Positions 23,970 through 37,145 of a stretch of DNA of 64,000 nt are shown here, in pieces. Every line of letters starts with the position of its first letter. Positions within the stretch are counted from its first letter, which is position 1. The translations under genes and the position numbers were made by a program. The notes under the pieces are model-generated. The model did no database searches and was not told the origin of the DNA. It saw nothing but the letters and a program-made list of their open reading frames with translations. The DNA comes from Eukaryota sp. GEM-RC1. Its lineage: Eukaryota. The stretch lies in the NCBI GenBank assembly GCA_040285855.1, contig JAUFOQ010000004.1, forward strand, positions 2,046,001 to 2,110,000, in the 5' to 3' direction.

Positions 23970-25403
23970 TGGAAGAAGAAAATGCAACCCAGATTTAAGA
24001 TTTCATTTTGGAAAACTCTCAAACTCGTTTTGTCGCACGACAATTTTTTTCTCCTTTTGGGCACTTTCTAAACCTGTTCAAACAGTTATAGCACCATTTA
24101 TAAGCCAACCTCAATACCTTCTCTTTGCAGCATTCCCATACACCCAATCTAGCTTTATTGGGGATCATTGTTTTCTTTTTGACATCCAGAAAGGGTAAAG
24201 AACAGAGAGTATTGTTAGTGGACTGTTGTTTTTCTTACGCAGCAAAGGAAACATAGGGTAAACTTAGGACGTGAGTTCACCCTTGTTAATCACCAACACA
24301 CTACTGTGCTTTTCACCTGAATTGCATATTTCACAACATTCTTACACCTTTTTCCCACAGACTTTTCACATCAAAATGCCTTCATATCCGTCTCTTCCTT
24401 CCAGTGTCTCTGTAATAGTGTGTCCAAACTCATAATCCTTGACTCTCCTGACTCCTTCAAACTGGTATACACTTTTGACATGATCAATGCCAAACATTAC
24501 ATGTCAGTCTTGTTACTTGTAAACCTAAGGGCTGCTTGAAACTACTTATGACTAGATAACAACCATCTTGGGTTCTTACGTGGTAAGCCAATTTCTCTAT
24601 TTCCTTTGTGTGTAGTCCCGAGTTATCGAAGCTCTGTGTATAGCAGAAATGTGTGATCGTTTTATTAGGTAAACGTATGCATATTCTCAATAAATAGCTA
24701 GTGCTGAAAGTACCATAGTCTAACACCAATGCTACATATATCATATGAAGAACAGTGGTTCATGAACTGATCACGGACACTCACGTAAATAACGGAAAAC
24801 AAAGTCATGACTCATGAGTGGTCATGTTATGTTCAACTCAGATGTGGGTATATTCTGTAGAACGAAGATCTGTTTATTGATTAACCCAGGATAAAGTGTC
24901 GATCCTTGTTCTTGTCTGAAGTTCCTAGTTAATTCGTAAACAGAAGTCTTTTCGAAAGATCCCTTAAGAGAGAACCGTGATTGAACGATGGAAGCTGTTG
25001 GGTGTCTCTGACTAACAGATTCTCCCCGCATATGCACTGAATGAAGATCTAACTAGCGGTAGATAGAAAGATACAAAATGTGACGTCCGTGACGCAACAA
25101 GCATAGAACATGTGAAGAGTAGGAGCTTGCGCAGGAGTATAAATATCACCTATCTCGATCATCAAACTGTGACATAAACGTGTCATGAAGACAGGAATGC
25201 TGTGAAATCCGAAGATATCAAGGAGTATAATGGACGGCGTCTAGGAAGAATCCACAGCATCAGTATGATAAAGCCATGAATATGTCTATACAGTGCGTAC
25301 TTCTGTATCTTCACTCGCGTGATATGTTAGAGTGAAGAGATCTACGTCATGATCGCAGAGAAGGTCTAAAGATCGAGTCATGTAGAAAATGATCTGTGTG
25401 AAA

Positions 25404-26114
25404 TAGGACTAGGATTGTAATTTTGAGTCAAGCTGACTCACTGAGCTTTGAGTTAGTCAGCTCGGGTCAGGCTCATTTGACTCATGAGTCGAGTCAAGCC
25501 TATGTTTCTGTCTGTCAGTCAGCTCTACTCAAGTTTACTCTAATGAATATAATTTAGTACAATTTAAACATATTCTATTACAATCACGTGTACATGGAAT
25601 TAGTAGCAGTTCTCTGTATAAATTCATTTGCATGTTAATGTGCGGGATGAGCTGAGAGCTTACTTATCAACAGGCATAGTCGATGCCCTAGATTGATGGA
25701 AACGCTACCAATCAGATTATCCTAGCTTAGCTTGCTCAGCTCAACCATTCAGCCAAGTTCAGTAGCAATTGAACGTTTGTTCTCTGCTGCAAACCAAATT
25801 GTAACAAAGAAAAGGGCTAGACTATCTGCAATACTGCAAGGTGTTTATTGTGTTTACACTCGTGGTACGGAATAGGTGTATTAAATTCAGATCAGTAGAA
25901 AACAGTAGAGATTTGTGTTATGTTATAAAGTCCAATAGAAAAGAGCATTCAAAATGAGTCAGCTCGAGTCAGGCTCAGTTGACTCATGAGTCAAGTCAAG
26001 TCAAAGATAGTCAAAATGAGTCAGCTCGAGTCAGGCTTGGTTGACTCATGAGTCAAGTCAAGTTTCAAATTGTAGGCTTGACTCGACTTGACTCAGCTCA
26101 TTTTAACAACCCTA
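25404..26114 (+). mobile_element. Non-autonomous hAT transposon 1
   Basis: Ends TAGGATTGT (25410) / ACAACCCTA; many subterminal GACTCA/TGAGTC motifs; internal PSSVAIERLFSAANQIVTKKRARLS (hAT dimerisation domain, from 25753); flanked by GTGTGAAA on both sides. Confidence 0.85.
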
Positions 26115-26122
26115 GTGTGAAA

Positions 26123-27027
26123 TAGGGCTCCCGTTTCACCCAGTGACCCCACCTCACCTGACTTTTCCAAATTTCACCTGGGGTCACCCAGACTTTCACT
26201 CACCCGATGTCACCCGATGTCACCTGGACTCACCCGTTTCACCTAGTGTCACCCGGTACTATATATTGGGAAAATATAACAATATGTAACACACACCTTC
26301 ACTTTACCGTTCTTAGAACTGGAAGCAGAGTTGGCGTTCTTTATAAATTACGAATGAAATACAAAACTAAGAACATAGGAAGATTCAATTAAGGAATGTC
26401 ATCCAATCCTTCAAACATACTCTCTCACGTAATGACTTATCCGACATGGAGCATCGTTGTTTTCTTTTAATGAAAGCAGCCACTGAAAACAACGATTCTG
26501 ATGCTACAGAGGTGGAAGGAACTGCAAGAAAATCTCTTGCTAAAGAAGCACATCCAGGATATCTAGTCTCATTTTGTTTCCACCACAACAAAACATCATG
26601 ATCATCATCAATTCGTTCTTCCAACTTAAGCCTCTCAAGTTCTGGAAGTGTAGAAGAAGTTTTTGGGGGTGATTTTACTATTAAATTGCCAATAGATGAA
26701 GCTGTTCTTTTCCGTCCAGCTGAAGAGTTAGTTTCTGAAGTAGTAGAAACATGTTATCACAAAATGAATTCTATTTTGTACAATATGCTTTTATCTTATT
26801 GTTGTAGAATGTAATTCAGCCAAAACTGTTTACCTGTACGTAAAACGTAACTAGAAAAAAAAATTTAAGTCATTTTGAAAGAATCAGTCTTTAGTATGGG
26901 GTGAGGTGAAATGACCCCACAAAATCAGAATTTCACCCGGGGTCACCCGAATCATTGTGCTGGGGTGACTCAGGTGAGGTGAGGTGACCCTCACCGGGTG
27001 GCCGCCAGGTGAAAAACGGGAGCCCTA
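26123..27027 (-). mobile_element. Non-autonomous hAT transposon 2
   Basis: TIRs TAGGGCTCCCGTTT / AAACGGGAGCCCTA; 8-bp TSD GTGTGAAA; subterminal TCACCC/GGGTGA repeats; ORF 26385-26624 (WWKQNETRYP..LARDFLAVPSTSVASESLFS) is a hAT dimerisation domain. Confidence 0.93.
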
Positions 27028-27798
27028 GTGTGAAATAATACAATGTGGGGTAATTGGAAAAGTCCCACAAATGCACTTAAAATTTCACAGTACTCTTTAG
27101 CTTATTATCTTTTAACCACACCCTATATTTTATCTCCCTCTTGTAGTTTCTCTCCTTTAAGAACAATCGTCTCGTAAGAGTTTAACTGCTACTAACTTCT
27201 CTTCACAAATTCAATTCTACATAGGAATGATCTCAGAACAAGATCTTTATGATTTGTCTCTTTCTGTATCTGAAACTTGAGTTGTTCCCCATCAGATTCT
27301 CAATTTCCCCGTTTTCTGTTTTAGTCACTTTGACCAGGAGTTCGCTACCGAAATTCTTCTCTTTTTGGAATAATACCATCTAGATTCTTATACAGTCTTG
27401 AAACACCTGTCTGATGTATTTAACCTTATGCTTCCTCCAAACACTTCTACTGCGCTCCCTGTTCTCAATGTGATCATGATCAGCGCTTTTGGGTCTGAAG
27501 CAGCGATTGAGGTACCTTAAAAACTCTACTACATCATATCCAAAAGCTGTGTTTCTCATATCGCTTCTTCATCAAGCCTGAGTCGGTTACTATCTCTCGG
27601 TTCACTCCTTCTACTTTACATTGGGTTATATCGTACAATGTAAATAGGAGGTCAGTCTTTAATGTGAATCGGGAATTAACGGTGTAGGTTTCTATGAAAG
27701 CCTCCCCATTAACCTGCTTGTTCTACAAGTCAGTTTCTTTTATTATATCTATTTCTTATGTTTCTGTGTATATTCCTTAATCGTATTAAGAGATATAA

Positions 27799-28227
27799 TG
27801 TGCTGATTGTGATACTAAACTATGTGCCCAATGTTTCAAAACCACACATCGTCTAAAGTTGTTCCGATCCCATGTTACAATTCCTTTAGATAACAAACGC
27901 GCCTTTGTGGCTAAATGTCAAGGTGAAAAGACTACTTTAGCCACCAAATCTGTTGAAGTTGAAGAGCAAGTTGAAGAGAAGAAACTTGGAATTGACTGGA
28001 GCAATCTAAGTGCCAAGTTGAAGAGTTGCTATGATCAGATGATGAGAAATGAGGTTTTTGAGATCGATCTAGAGAAAAACTCAATTGGTAATGAAGGTGC
28101 TATTGCAATTGCAGAAGCTTTAAAGGTTAATTCGTCTGTCTCTGCGATCTATTTAGGTAACGACTCAATCAACAGTCAAACACAACAGTCATTAAAATCA
28201 CTACACAAGAATAGAATCTATTTCTGA
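27799..28227 (+). pseudogene. 5'-truncated B-box/LRR paralog collapsed to 2 LRR strands
   Basis: Close copy of 38070-39255 lacking the internal repeats. 3' flank 28228-28780 is homologous to 39256-39790. Confidence 0.85.
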
Positions 28228-28859
28228 ACATAGATTATTTTGATTTATTCGACATTTTTTACTGTACACGGAGTGAAAACCATAAACTTTAGGATTCTGA
28301 AACACCGTTAGTGTTGTTTGTATCATTGTTTTATATAAAAAGAAACACCCTTTTCACGAAATTATTACCGAAGATGAATTTACAGTATGATCGTTTGATT
28401 AACGATTAGTTATGAACGTATTGAAACAAATTCTATTTAGCCGATGATCAAATGTTTTTTAATTAGGCCAGTCATTACTTCATGATCAGGTTTTGTCCCC
28501 AGTGAAGTTGTTTTTTCGTATAACCCATGGAAGACACAGATAATGTACACTTACAGTACCATTGTAACATTCATTTGTAGTTACAAATGCAAATGCAGTT
28601 TCTTAATCATCTATCAACCATTTGTTTTGGTTGAGTAGGTTTATGTTTGCGTTTGTTTGAATTCGACTTTTGGTAAGTTGTTTGATGAAGGCAGAAGGAT
28701 CATATTTCAGATACTTCAATTTGTTTCGTTTGGTTATCATTTTTTAATACGTATATTTCACTGTATTGATCATAAATCCGTTATTGTTTTAAAACCATTT
28801 TAAGCAACTGTTATTTTGGGTTAGTTCTGAACAGAATGTCGTAAGACCTGTAACATAAC

Positions 28860-29110
28860 CCGGTTGGATACCATAATAGTTGTATTATTTCGATATGTAT
28901 GGTGAGAAGAGATTATTATTATAACAAATTCTTATGGAAAAAATTATGTAATTTCAAGCTACACTTCCAACAGTGAGTGATTCAGTCGTTATTAACATTT
29001 ACAAGACACGGTTTTTTGATGATCAATAAGTTTGTTCTTTTGGATATAGGATCTGCGAAGATTTTAAATTATCCATCTTGCTCTTCTGGAGCTAAAAGTG
29101 TTCCTGATCA
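28860..29110 (+). repeat. Dispersed ~250 bp repeat (second copy ~43338-43585)
   Basis: Shared strings such as tatggtgag..gagattattattataacaaatt and gatataggatctgcgaa...ttgctcttctggagctaaa. Confidence 0.75.
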
Positions 29111-29951
29111 ACTACTCGAGACCAAACAATGTTTCTAACGGGAGTTCTTCCAGTGAAGAATCCACTCATCGCAGTTAGTCAAGCTCAGATGAAAGTGCTA
29201 GTACTGATGTAAGCCCTGATTCGTCAGGCAATCGAAGTCCCTCTCATCCTATAGGAGGCGGAAACTTGTCTTCATCATCCTTCACGGAAGGCCAAGATAA
29301 AAGTCCAGCCCTCATCCAATACGGAAGGCGGCAGTCAAGGAGGTGAAATTCCATTCAACAGTGGCCACTGAGTCCTTGTTGACTAAATTCAGACCTTCTG
29401 AAGGTTATCAGCAGGGCCACGCTGCCACTTTTGTGGTTGAAAACAGCAATGAACCTGTTTCTGGTTCTTCAGGATACTCTCAGTCCTACTTCTCATTCTA
29501 GTAGTAACGATAATTATGATAAAGACAGTTCTTGTAGTTTTCCAACATCTCAGGTAAATTCCGCTGATGTAGCTGGAAGCCATTCGCTTGTTACAGGAAT
29601 CTCTCACTAAAGAAAAGATCATGAGAGCTGAAGCTGAAAGGAGACTTCTTGCTGTCCGGAATCAACAAGCGATAAACATGAGTTTATCTCCAGAAGAACG
29701 TGCTTGCATCGTCGACCAGCTTGTTTGGATGTAACGGGATGTGTTTTCATCGTGATGTTATCCATGAAAGATTGATTCCTTGGGTAAGGCCACAAAATCA
29801 AAACATCTCCATTTCTGACTCAGACAAGAAGACAAGAAGAAACATGAATCTAGTCAATCTGTTGCCAGATTTGCCACGTGTTAATTTGTTATGTTGTTTG
29901 TTTTGATCTTATAAACGCTCTTTTACCTTTCTATTTTTGGCCAAAGGTAAC

Positions 29952-30322
29952 AAATCATTTAAAGTTGGTGATCTTGTGTACATTCGCCAAAACTAGTAAG
30001 CTCCATGGTAATTACACTGGACCTTTTCTAATCTTTTTTTAGTTGATTCGAAATCCTCTGTATCACTAAAGAATCTGATCACTGGATATGTTAGTAAGAC
30101 TAGCATTCATCAATGTAAGATCTTTCAATCAGATCTACCTGCTGATCATGATCTCCACAGAGCAATTGCTTCTAGGGATTCTGAAGAACACATTGTGCTT
30201 AAGATCCTGGATAGGTTCGATACACCCGATGGTGAGTATTGTACTGTACTTTGGTTTGGTGGTGATACTTCATCAGTTCCCACCATGGACATCAAGAACA
30301 CCAAGGCCTACAGTGAATTTGT
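29952..30322 (+). mobile_element. Degenerate Ty3/gypsy integrase C-terminus with chromodomain-like segment
   Basis: Translates in pieces to SFKVGDLVYIR..SKLHGNYTGPF (GPY/F motif), then VLKILDR...YCTVLWFG..DTSSVP. Confidence 0.6.
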
Positions 30323-30489
30323 AAAATTAGAAAATGAAGATTTATTTCATAGTAATAACAAGAAGCCTAAGCTTAAACGCACCTCAAGTAGTAAGAGTAA
30401 CCTAAGTCACCCTCTAACAATCATGATGAGACAACAATCTTCGTTGAGGAAAACCATACATATGAAGCCGTAAACAGAAGTACTGTTTT

Positions 30490-30776
30490 CAGTAAAAGGC
30501 CATCCTCATGAAAGATGTAGACTCACTGGAATTTCTTGTGCTTCAGCTACAGGTTTCAAACATCATCTTTAAAAATCCTATTGTTTCACAATGAAGTTAA
30601 TTCGATCAATTTTTCAAGAGACCGTGATGACCACAGTTTCAAGAAGTATTCCAGGAAAGTATGAATTCGGAGTTGTTCATCATGTTATTAGACTGTTTAT
30701 TCCCACGTTACGAAACAATTCTGTTTTGATCATAGACTCAGCTCCTCGTCACAAGTCAAATAAGGTCAAGGACTAT
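30490..30776 (+). mobile_element. pogo-like DDE_1 transposase remnant
   Basis: RLTGISCASATG and VLIIDSAPRHKSNKVKDY align with RLTGIVMANALG and LLVFDSAPAHRSKKVKAY in the element at 5469. Confidence 0.7.
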
Positions 30777-32213
30777 ACCGGGGATACCCCTCGTGGTATT
30801 AGGGGAACAGCTAGTAATTCAGTTGAAGTCTACTTTAAACTAAAAACAAGAGAACTGTGTATTGTCAACTATAACAAAATGTTTTCTTCATCAATCCTAG
30901 ATTGATCTTCAATTGAAATATGTAATGGCTCTTCTTTTCATCAATTTCTTCGTGTGACCCATTACTGGGGGAAACAATCTGTTGTCCTTCAAGCCATTCG
31001 GTAAAAATCATTATGAAAACTCTCTAGGAATAACCGATTACTGGCAAAGTAACTTTCAAGAGAACGTCATTGGACAGTTGCTTTGAATGAATGTCTCTCT
31101 GAATGCAATCAGTCACTTTTTGATCTGTTTGTACCTTCACTTTCGAAGCCGTTTTATGCTCCCGTTGAAGTCAGAAGTAGAAGTGATCTATCCTATTACG
31201 ATCTACGTGCCATGTTAACTGCGCTTAGAAAAAGCGAATTGTTTGGCTCTTCAAACTTTACGGTATTGGGTGATTTGTCTTTCCAACACACTTCCAAGTT
31301 TCGAAGGGAATTGAGATAACGGTTTGTATGGATCTAGTATTAGGTAAATTAGAGTATATGGAAAAGTTGAAAAGAAATTCAGAGTGACTAAAATTACTTT
31401 CATCACTGAATAGAATCACTTTTGAAATCAAACTGTAAACAAATTCATAGATGTTCACTTGACACATCGATCATAACGTCATCACTGTCACTTTTCCGGA
31501 AACAAATTAGTAAGTTTCAGAAACATATAGTAGTATTACACACCATTTAAAAAAATGAAAAATTTCATCAACTTGAGGAAGACTTAAAGAATTAACGACC
31601 ATACCCAATCAAGCAATCCAGCTGATCAAAGTAAAGAAGAGCTCAAAGAGAGCTCATATATCACGATACCAAGGTCACTAAGTATCATTAGGGAACACTG
31701 TCTGTCAAACTGTTAAGAAGCCATGTATTACCGTGTTACTAGTGAAATATTGGGTTGATGAAAGAATTCTTTAAGACCAATATCATCCACTTTAACCACG
31801 GCCATCCACCCATAGAATGATTGATAGTTTCAAATCTTCAAAATTGAGGATCATGAACTAGCTTGTGGTGTACTTGTTGGTCAAGGATAACATCGAAGTG
31901 TTCATCACTGGTAATACTGGCGATGTAATCGGGTTCCTACAAAACAAATATTCGAACACTCCCCTGCAATTCTACAATAGCATTGACGTAATACGGAGAT
32001 ACGTTTACTTGAGTGGTTGATGGGAAAACTCCGTGAGGTCAAGGCATATTTGAAGTGGTAACCCAGTTGAGAGATGGACAAAGAAGTCAAAACCATGTTA
32101 CTTGAAGTGTTGGAGATGAAGGATTCTGTGGAGTTCTTATATTCATTAGGTAGAAGCTCCGTGCTGTAAGAGAAGCGTTGTTAGAGAAGCGTTGTTACAG
32201 AAAGCGGGAGTAA

Positions 32214-34347
32214 TGGTATTGTCCAACCTCTGGGAATCCTATCACAGACGATCCTGGTTATAAGACGAAAGTTCTACAGCTGTGTAATCAGCTTAAAGAA
32301 CTCGATGGGGTTTCGCTATTGAAAGAACGTGAAGATGACAATTTAACAGTATTAAGAAGAGCTTTATGCAAGATCCAGAAAGAAAATTCTAAATTAAGAG
32401 CAAAGATTGATGTGTTGAATACTGAGTTGAGTAGGGCTCACGGTCAGATTCATGTACACCGTCCAGTTGAGGAAGGAGCTGCAATTTCTGTATTGCGGCG
32501 ACAAAATGCTGAGAAAGATACAGAAATAGAAAGGGGTTTGACTAAGAATCAGCAGCTTTCGGAACAACTTTCTATCGAAAAGGAAAAGAGAATGGAAGCA
32601 GAATCTCGTGTTTCTGAGTTAAATAATCTAAATTCCACAAAAGATTCTGAAATTACTACAATTTTGACTAAGAATCAGCAACTTTCGGAACAACTTTCTA
32701 TCGAAAAGGAAAAGAGAATCGAAGCAGAATCTCGTGTTTCTGAGTTAAATAATCTAAATTCCACAAAAGATTCTGAAATTACTACAATTTTGACTAAGAA
32801 TCAGCAACTTTCGGAACAACTTTCTATCGAAAAGGAAAAGAGAATCGAAGCAGAATCTCGTGTTTCTGAGTTAAATAATCTAAATTCCACAAAAGATTCT
32901 GAAATTACTACAATTTTGACTAAGAATCAGCAACTTTCGGAACAACTTTCTATCGAAAAGGAAAAGAGAATCGAAGCAGAATCTCGTGTTTCTGAGTTAA
33001 ATAATCTAAATTCCACAAAAGATTCTGAAATTACTACAATTTTGACTAAGAATCAGCAACTTTCGGAACAACTTTCTATCGAAAAGGAAAAGAGAATCGA
33101 AGCAGAATCTCGTGTTTCTGAGTTAAATAATCTAAATTCCACAAAAAAATCTGAAAATACTAGAATTTTGAATGAAAACAGTCAGCTAATTCAGAAAATT
33201 TCACTGCAAAAACAGCGGACAGTTGAAGCTGAAGCTGCTATTTCTCAACTTCAAAAACAGTATTCAGAAAAGGATACAAAAATCTCTACATTGTCCACCC
33301 AAAATCAACTACTTTCTGAACAACTTTCAATTGAAAAAAAGAAGAGTGCCAAAACTGAGTCGTCTCTCTTTCAACTTCAACAGGAAAATTTTAAAAAGGA
33401 TCAGCAATTAAACGAATTTTCTAAGGAAATTCAAAAGATGTCTGAAGGTCTTTTGCTTGAACAGTATCGCATAACTGAGCTTCAATCTAGTTTTGAAGAA
33501 GAAAAACGAGAGAATATAGAGTTAAAAAAGGAGCTGAAATCTGTAAAGGCACAGTTGGGTACAAGAAAAACTGAGTTTTCTAAAATTTATCACCGTTTTG
33601 AAAAGCAGAAGTTTGAGTTGGAATCCAAATTTTCTATTATGTCTTTAAAATTGACTTCTTCGCAACAACAATGTCAGCAGTTACAAAGTCAATTGTCTTC
33701 TCTTAAAGCTCAAAATGCAAATTCTCTTTCTGAATTAAGTATGGCGCACTCAAATCTTGAATCCCAAAAATCCAAAATATTTGAATTAGAACAACTTTTG
33801 AATTATCGTGATTCTGAAATTGAAGTTACTGTAAAAGCCTATGAACACGCTGCTTCTGGAAATAACATCTTTAAAAAAATTCATTGATGTTGAGAATCCC
33901 TCTAAAACTGACATTTCTTCCTTAAATGATTTATTAAAGGATCAGGAATATCAGTACAGAAATGTTCTCACAGACAATGCAAGACTTTCTGAAGAAGTCA
34001 AGCGATACACGTCATTGTTTCAACGACTTTCTGATAAAAATTCTTCTCTACGAAGGGAAGTTTCTGAACATCAGTCACGAGTCCATGATTTAGAAAACTT
34101 GTTCACTCAAAAGAATATTGAATTAAGAAACAGTGTAAATCAGCTCAAGAGTCAGCTTTTTAATGAAGTTAGTAAGGTAAAGGAATTGGAGAATGAGTTG
34201 AAGTTCTCGAAACAGCAGTTGGCGGAATCTTTGAAAGCTAACGAAGGATTTTCTAGAGAAAATTTTACTTTATCAGGGAAAATTGACAAGTTACAACAAG
34301 TTGTTCATCATTTACAGTCATTGAATACAGTTTTGACCACGGAATAA
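32214..34347 (+). CDS. Long coiled-coil protein (start unresolved; frameshift near 33830-33880)
   Basis: E/K/Q/L-rich heptad pattern in overlapping ORFs 32319-33887 and 33841-34347. The frame is open from 32214 with no early ATG. Confidence 0.6.
32538..33150 (+). repeat. 126-bp (42-aa) coding tandem repeat, ~5 near-perfect copies
   Basis: LTKNQQLSEQLSIEKEKRIEAESRVSELNNLNSTKDSEITTI repeated; actaagaatc recurs at 32541, 32667 and onward. Confidence 0.95.
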
Positions 34348-35162
34348 AATGTATTAGTATTACTGCCTTAATCAGATGTCTTTTCTGTTGACGAGGCCAT
34401 TATATATGATTGGAACAATGGCCTTTCAATCATAGTTGATTTCAAACAAGTAAATCATTTGGATTCAATGAAAGACAGGAACAATAGATTGATGTCTCAC
34501 TTGGACAGAATATCCAAATTTTAGGGTCGTCAAATTGAATTTGGAAAACGGAAAAAGTATATAGATGAAATGCTCAACAGTTAATATAATGTATCGATAT
34601 ATAGCACTAGGGCAGATACAATTCCTGTTCAACAGCACAACACAGTCAACTTAGTGGTATTTGTTTGTTTAAAACTGGGCACCGGTCGGAACAGAAAAAA
34701 TTACATGATTTTGTCAAAGTAATATGCTGAACCTCTTATTCTGATACAGACTTCCAAATAAACCCAAATCAGGTTTAAATGAGAAGCCATTTCACCAATA
34801 CTACAAAGAATAGAAATATCAAATGGAATATCTACAAATTTCGCGTAACAGTTGAAAGTTTGATTGCAACAATAAGAAATACATACTAATTCAGAAAATG
34901 AAAGCAGCTAAATTTTCCACATCAACACGAGAATTATCCCTATACAACTTCGAATAAATGGAACTTAAATACTTGGGAATGCTTTTATAAAGAGCAAACA
35001 TAATTCTATTAATCGATGCAGAACCATAGAAACCTTGCCCTTAGAACGACACAAAAGACTAAAATCGCTGAAAATTTTTGAACTGCTGGACCAATATTTC
35101 CAAAATCTGGAAATAACAAATGGAACATAGGAAAGCTTAACCAGAACACTTTCACTGTTCAG

Positions 35163-36066
35163 TAGTGTTGGCAAATAACGTGATGCGTTGTAATGCGTTG
35201 TGACGTGACGCAACGCAACGTGTGATGTAACGCAAATATTTCAGATTACTCAACGTGTGATGAAACACAAGTATTTTTCTCGTCACGTTGCATCACGTCG
35301 TGACGTACTTATCTGTTTTCAATGTATCTTTTTATGCAACCATAATCGTGATGAAGAGATGAGGTATCCATCTGTCATTGCTGTTATTCTTTTATGCCAA
35401 CGACAACTTAAAATCTGTTTATTTCTGAAACTAAATGTTGTTCTTCAACCATGAACAGAGACATAACTGTTTGAACTGGTGAATTACCAAGTACGTTACG
35501 TTTTTTTGTCACTACAAGACCAGCTTCTGAGAAAAGTCTTTCATTGGGGATGGAAGTGCATTGAACAGGAAACCGACTCTGATTTTGTTTCCATTAAGTT
35601 ACTATGTCAATTGACTCAACGGTTCCTTCAAATACACACACAACTCATCTTCATGAGTTTCGATGTCTTTAACATCCGAATCGTCGGAAATTTTATCACA
35701 AGTATCCAATGAAGATGCAGCAGAGTCTGACATCTGTTCAGCTTATACATGATAAATTTATCCGGAAATACAGATTCGGTGTTGAAAGTGCTAGTAGTTT
35801 TACGTTTTTTGAGTTTTGGGTTCAATAAACAAAGCAAATAGGCTGTGGAATTGCTCATATGATGTACTAGTATGTATTGCCTCACTTTGGAGTACATGAT
35901 TTCAAATATTTTCTTAAACAACGTATAATATTTAATATGTTTAAAGAGTTTCACGTACGTCAACGTGACGCGACGTGACGCAACGTAAGATGTGACGCGG
36001 AAATATTCTACGTTGCGTCACGTCACGCAAAAACTTGTGACGCATCGTGATCATTTGCCAACACTA
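35163..36066 (-). mobile_element. Non-autonomous hAT transposon 3
   Basis: Perfect 14-bp TIR TAGTGTTGGCAAAT / ATTTGCCAACACTA; 8-bp TSD CTGTTCAG; subterminal GTGACG/CGTCAC repeats; minus-strand PVQCTSIPNERLFSEAGLVVTKKRN (dimerisation domain, ~35495-35570). Confidence 0.95.
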
Positions 36067-37145
36067 CTGTTCAGCCTTTTCAAGATGGCCATTTGAATCA
36101 TTCAAAATGGACTCTTTGTAGACACTACAAACATTTCGTCTAACTGACAGCAAGTTGAAGGAATGCCTGTAGATCTGATATTCCAGACACAAACATAAGT
36201 GTTAAGCAAACCATCGAATAAATCCAGTCGAAGACGCAGATTTTGCTTACAGGCATCATTTTTAATTGTAAGCCAAAAGGTCTAAGTAGATGAAGCTAGA
36301 ACAGTTGATGCTAAAAAAACCGCCTTTCATTTAAATTTACAATTACAAATATAAAATATTAACAACGGAGATACTAATTCCTCCACATCATATTACAGTC
36401 ATTGTGCCAAGTCAGAGAGACTGTTTAAAATCGAGTCTGAATATCTAATCAATGCTTTGAAGAGGGAACATGTCAACCTTCTTTCCAATCACTTTCATAA
36501 AAATTCTTTCCATACTATACTGCTTACACTTTGCTGAAAGTGTGAAAATTGTTGTCCAAAAAAGCCATGTAAAGAGCAATAGCAAAATGATGGAAACCAA
36601 ACGGATTGTGTCGACGAGTATTTTTTTTGATAATTAATTCATTATAGAGATCTGATTTTTTCCTTACAGCAGTTCCAAGAGTTTAACTACATTTCGTCTA
36701 AAATTTTGTTAATAGAAGATGAGTTACAAGGACTGTAGTAAAGTCCATAATTAGTCCTGTATGGGACAAACGAGAATCAATCAACTCTCCTCTTCTCTAA
36801 TCTCTCATAAATGAGTTAGACAAAGTTCTAAAAACTGATTCGATTCTCCCATGAACACTATTGGTCTTGAACAATTTTAAACATTGATCACTAAACTGTT
36901 GTAAATGATTGATCATAAATGAATAGACTTATGACAGTTGCCCACATGATTGAAAGAGGCTAAAGAAGGACCACATACACAAGTAGACTTTTGACGGAGA
37001 CCAACAAACATTTCAGCTAACATCAAGCAAATGTTGATAAGCTATTCATGATCTTTTAAGTGGAAACTATATCTTTGAGGATATCGAATTTATTTTTAAA
37101 GTGAAAGAAGTTATCATTATATCCCAGGAATTCATGTTTAGCAAG

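Larger units (their letters stand above)
1..24418 (-). repeat. Tandem array of LRR-gene units (2 full genes + 9 truncated cassettes, each followed by a ~1.0 kb conserved spacer)
   Basis: Near-identical spacers at 378-1381, 2203-3206, 6636-7622, 8531-9534, 10695-11697, 13194-14196, 15105-16107, 17352-18354, 19179-20182 and 21427-22430 alternate with LRR coding blocks. The array runs off the window start. Confidence 0.97.

Noticed and set aside
24420..25395. Short ORFs upstream of gene A
   Set aside because: No recognisable domains or terminal repeats; left unannotated.
30880..32200. Possible decayed coding sequence
   Set aside because: Only short ORFs with no family I can recognise.
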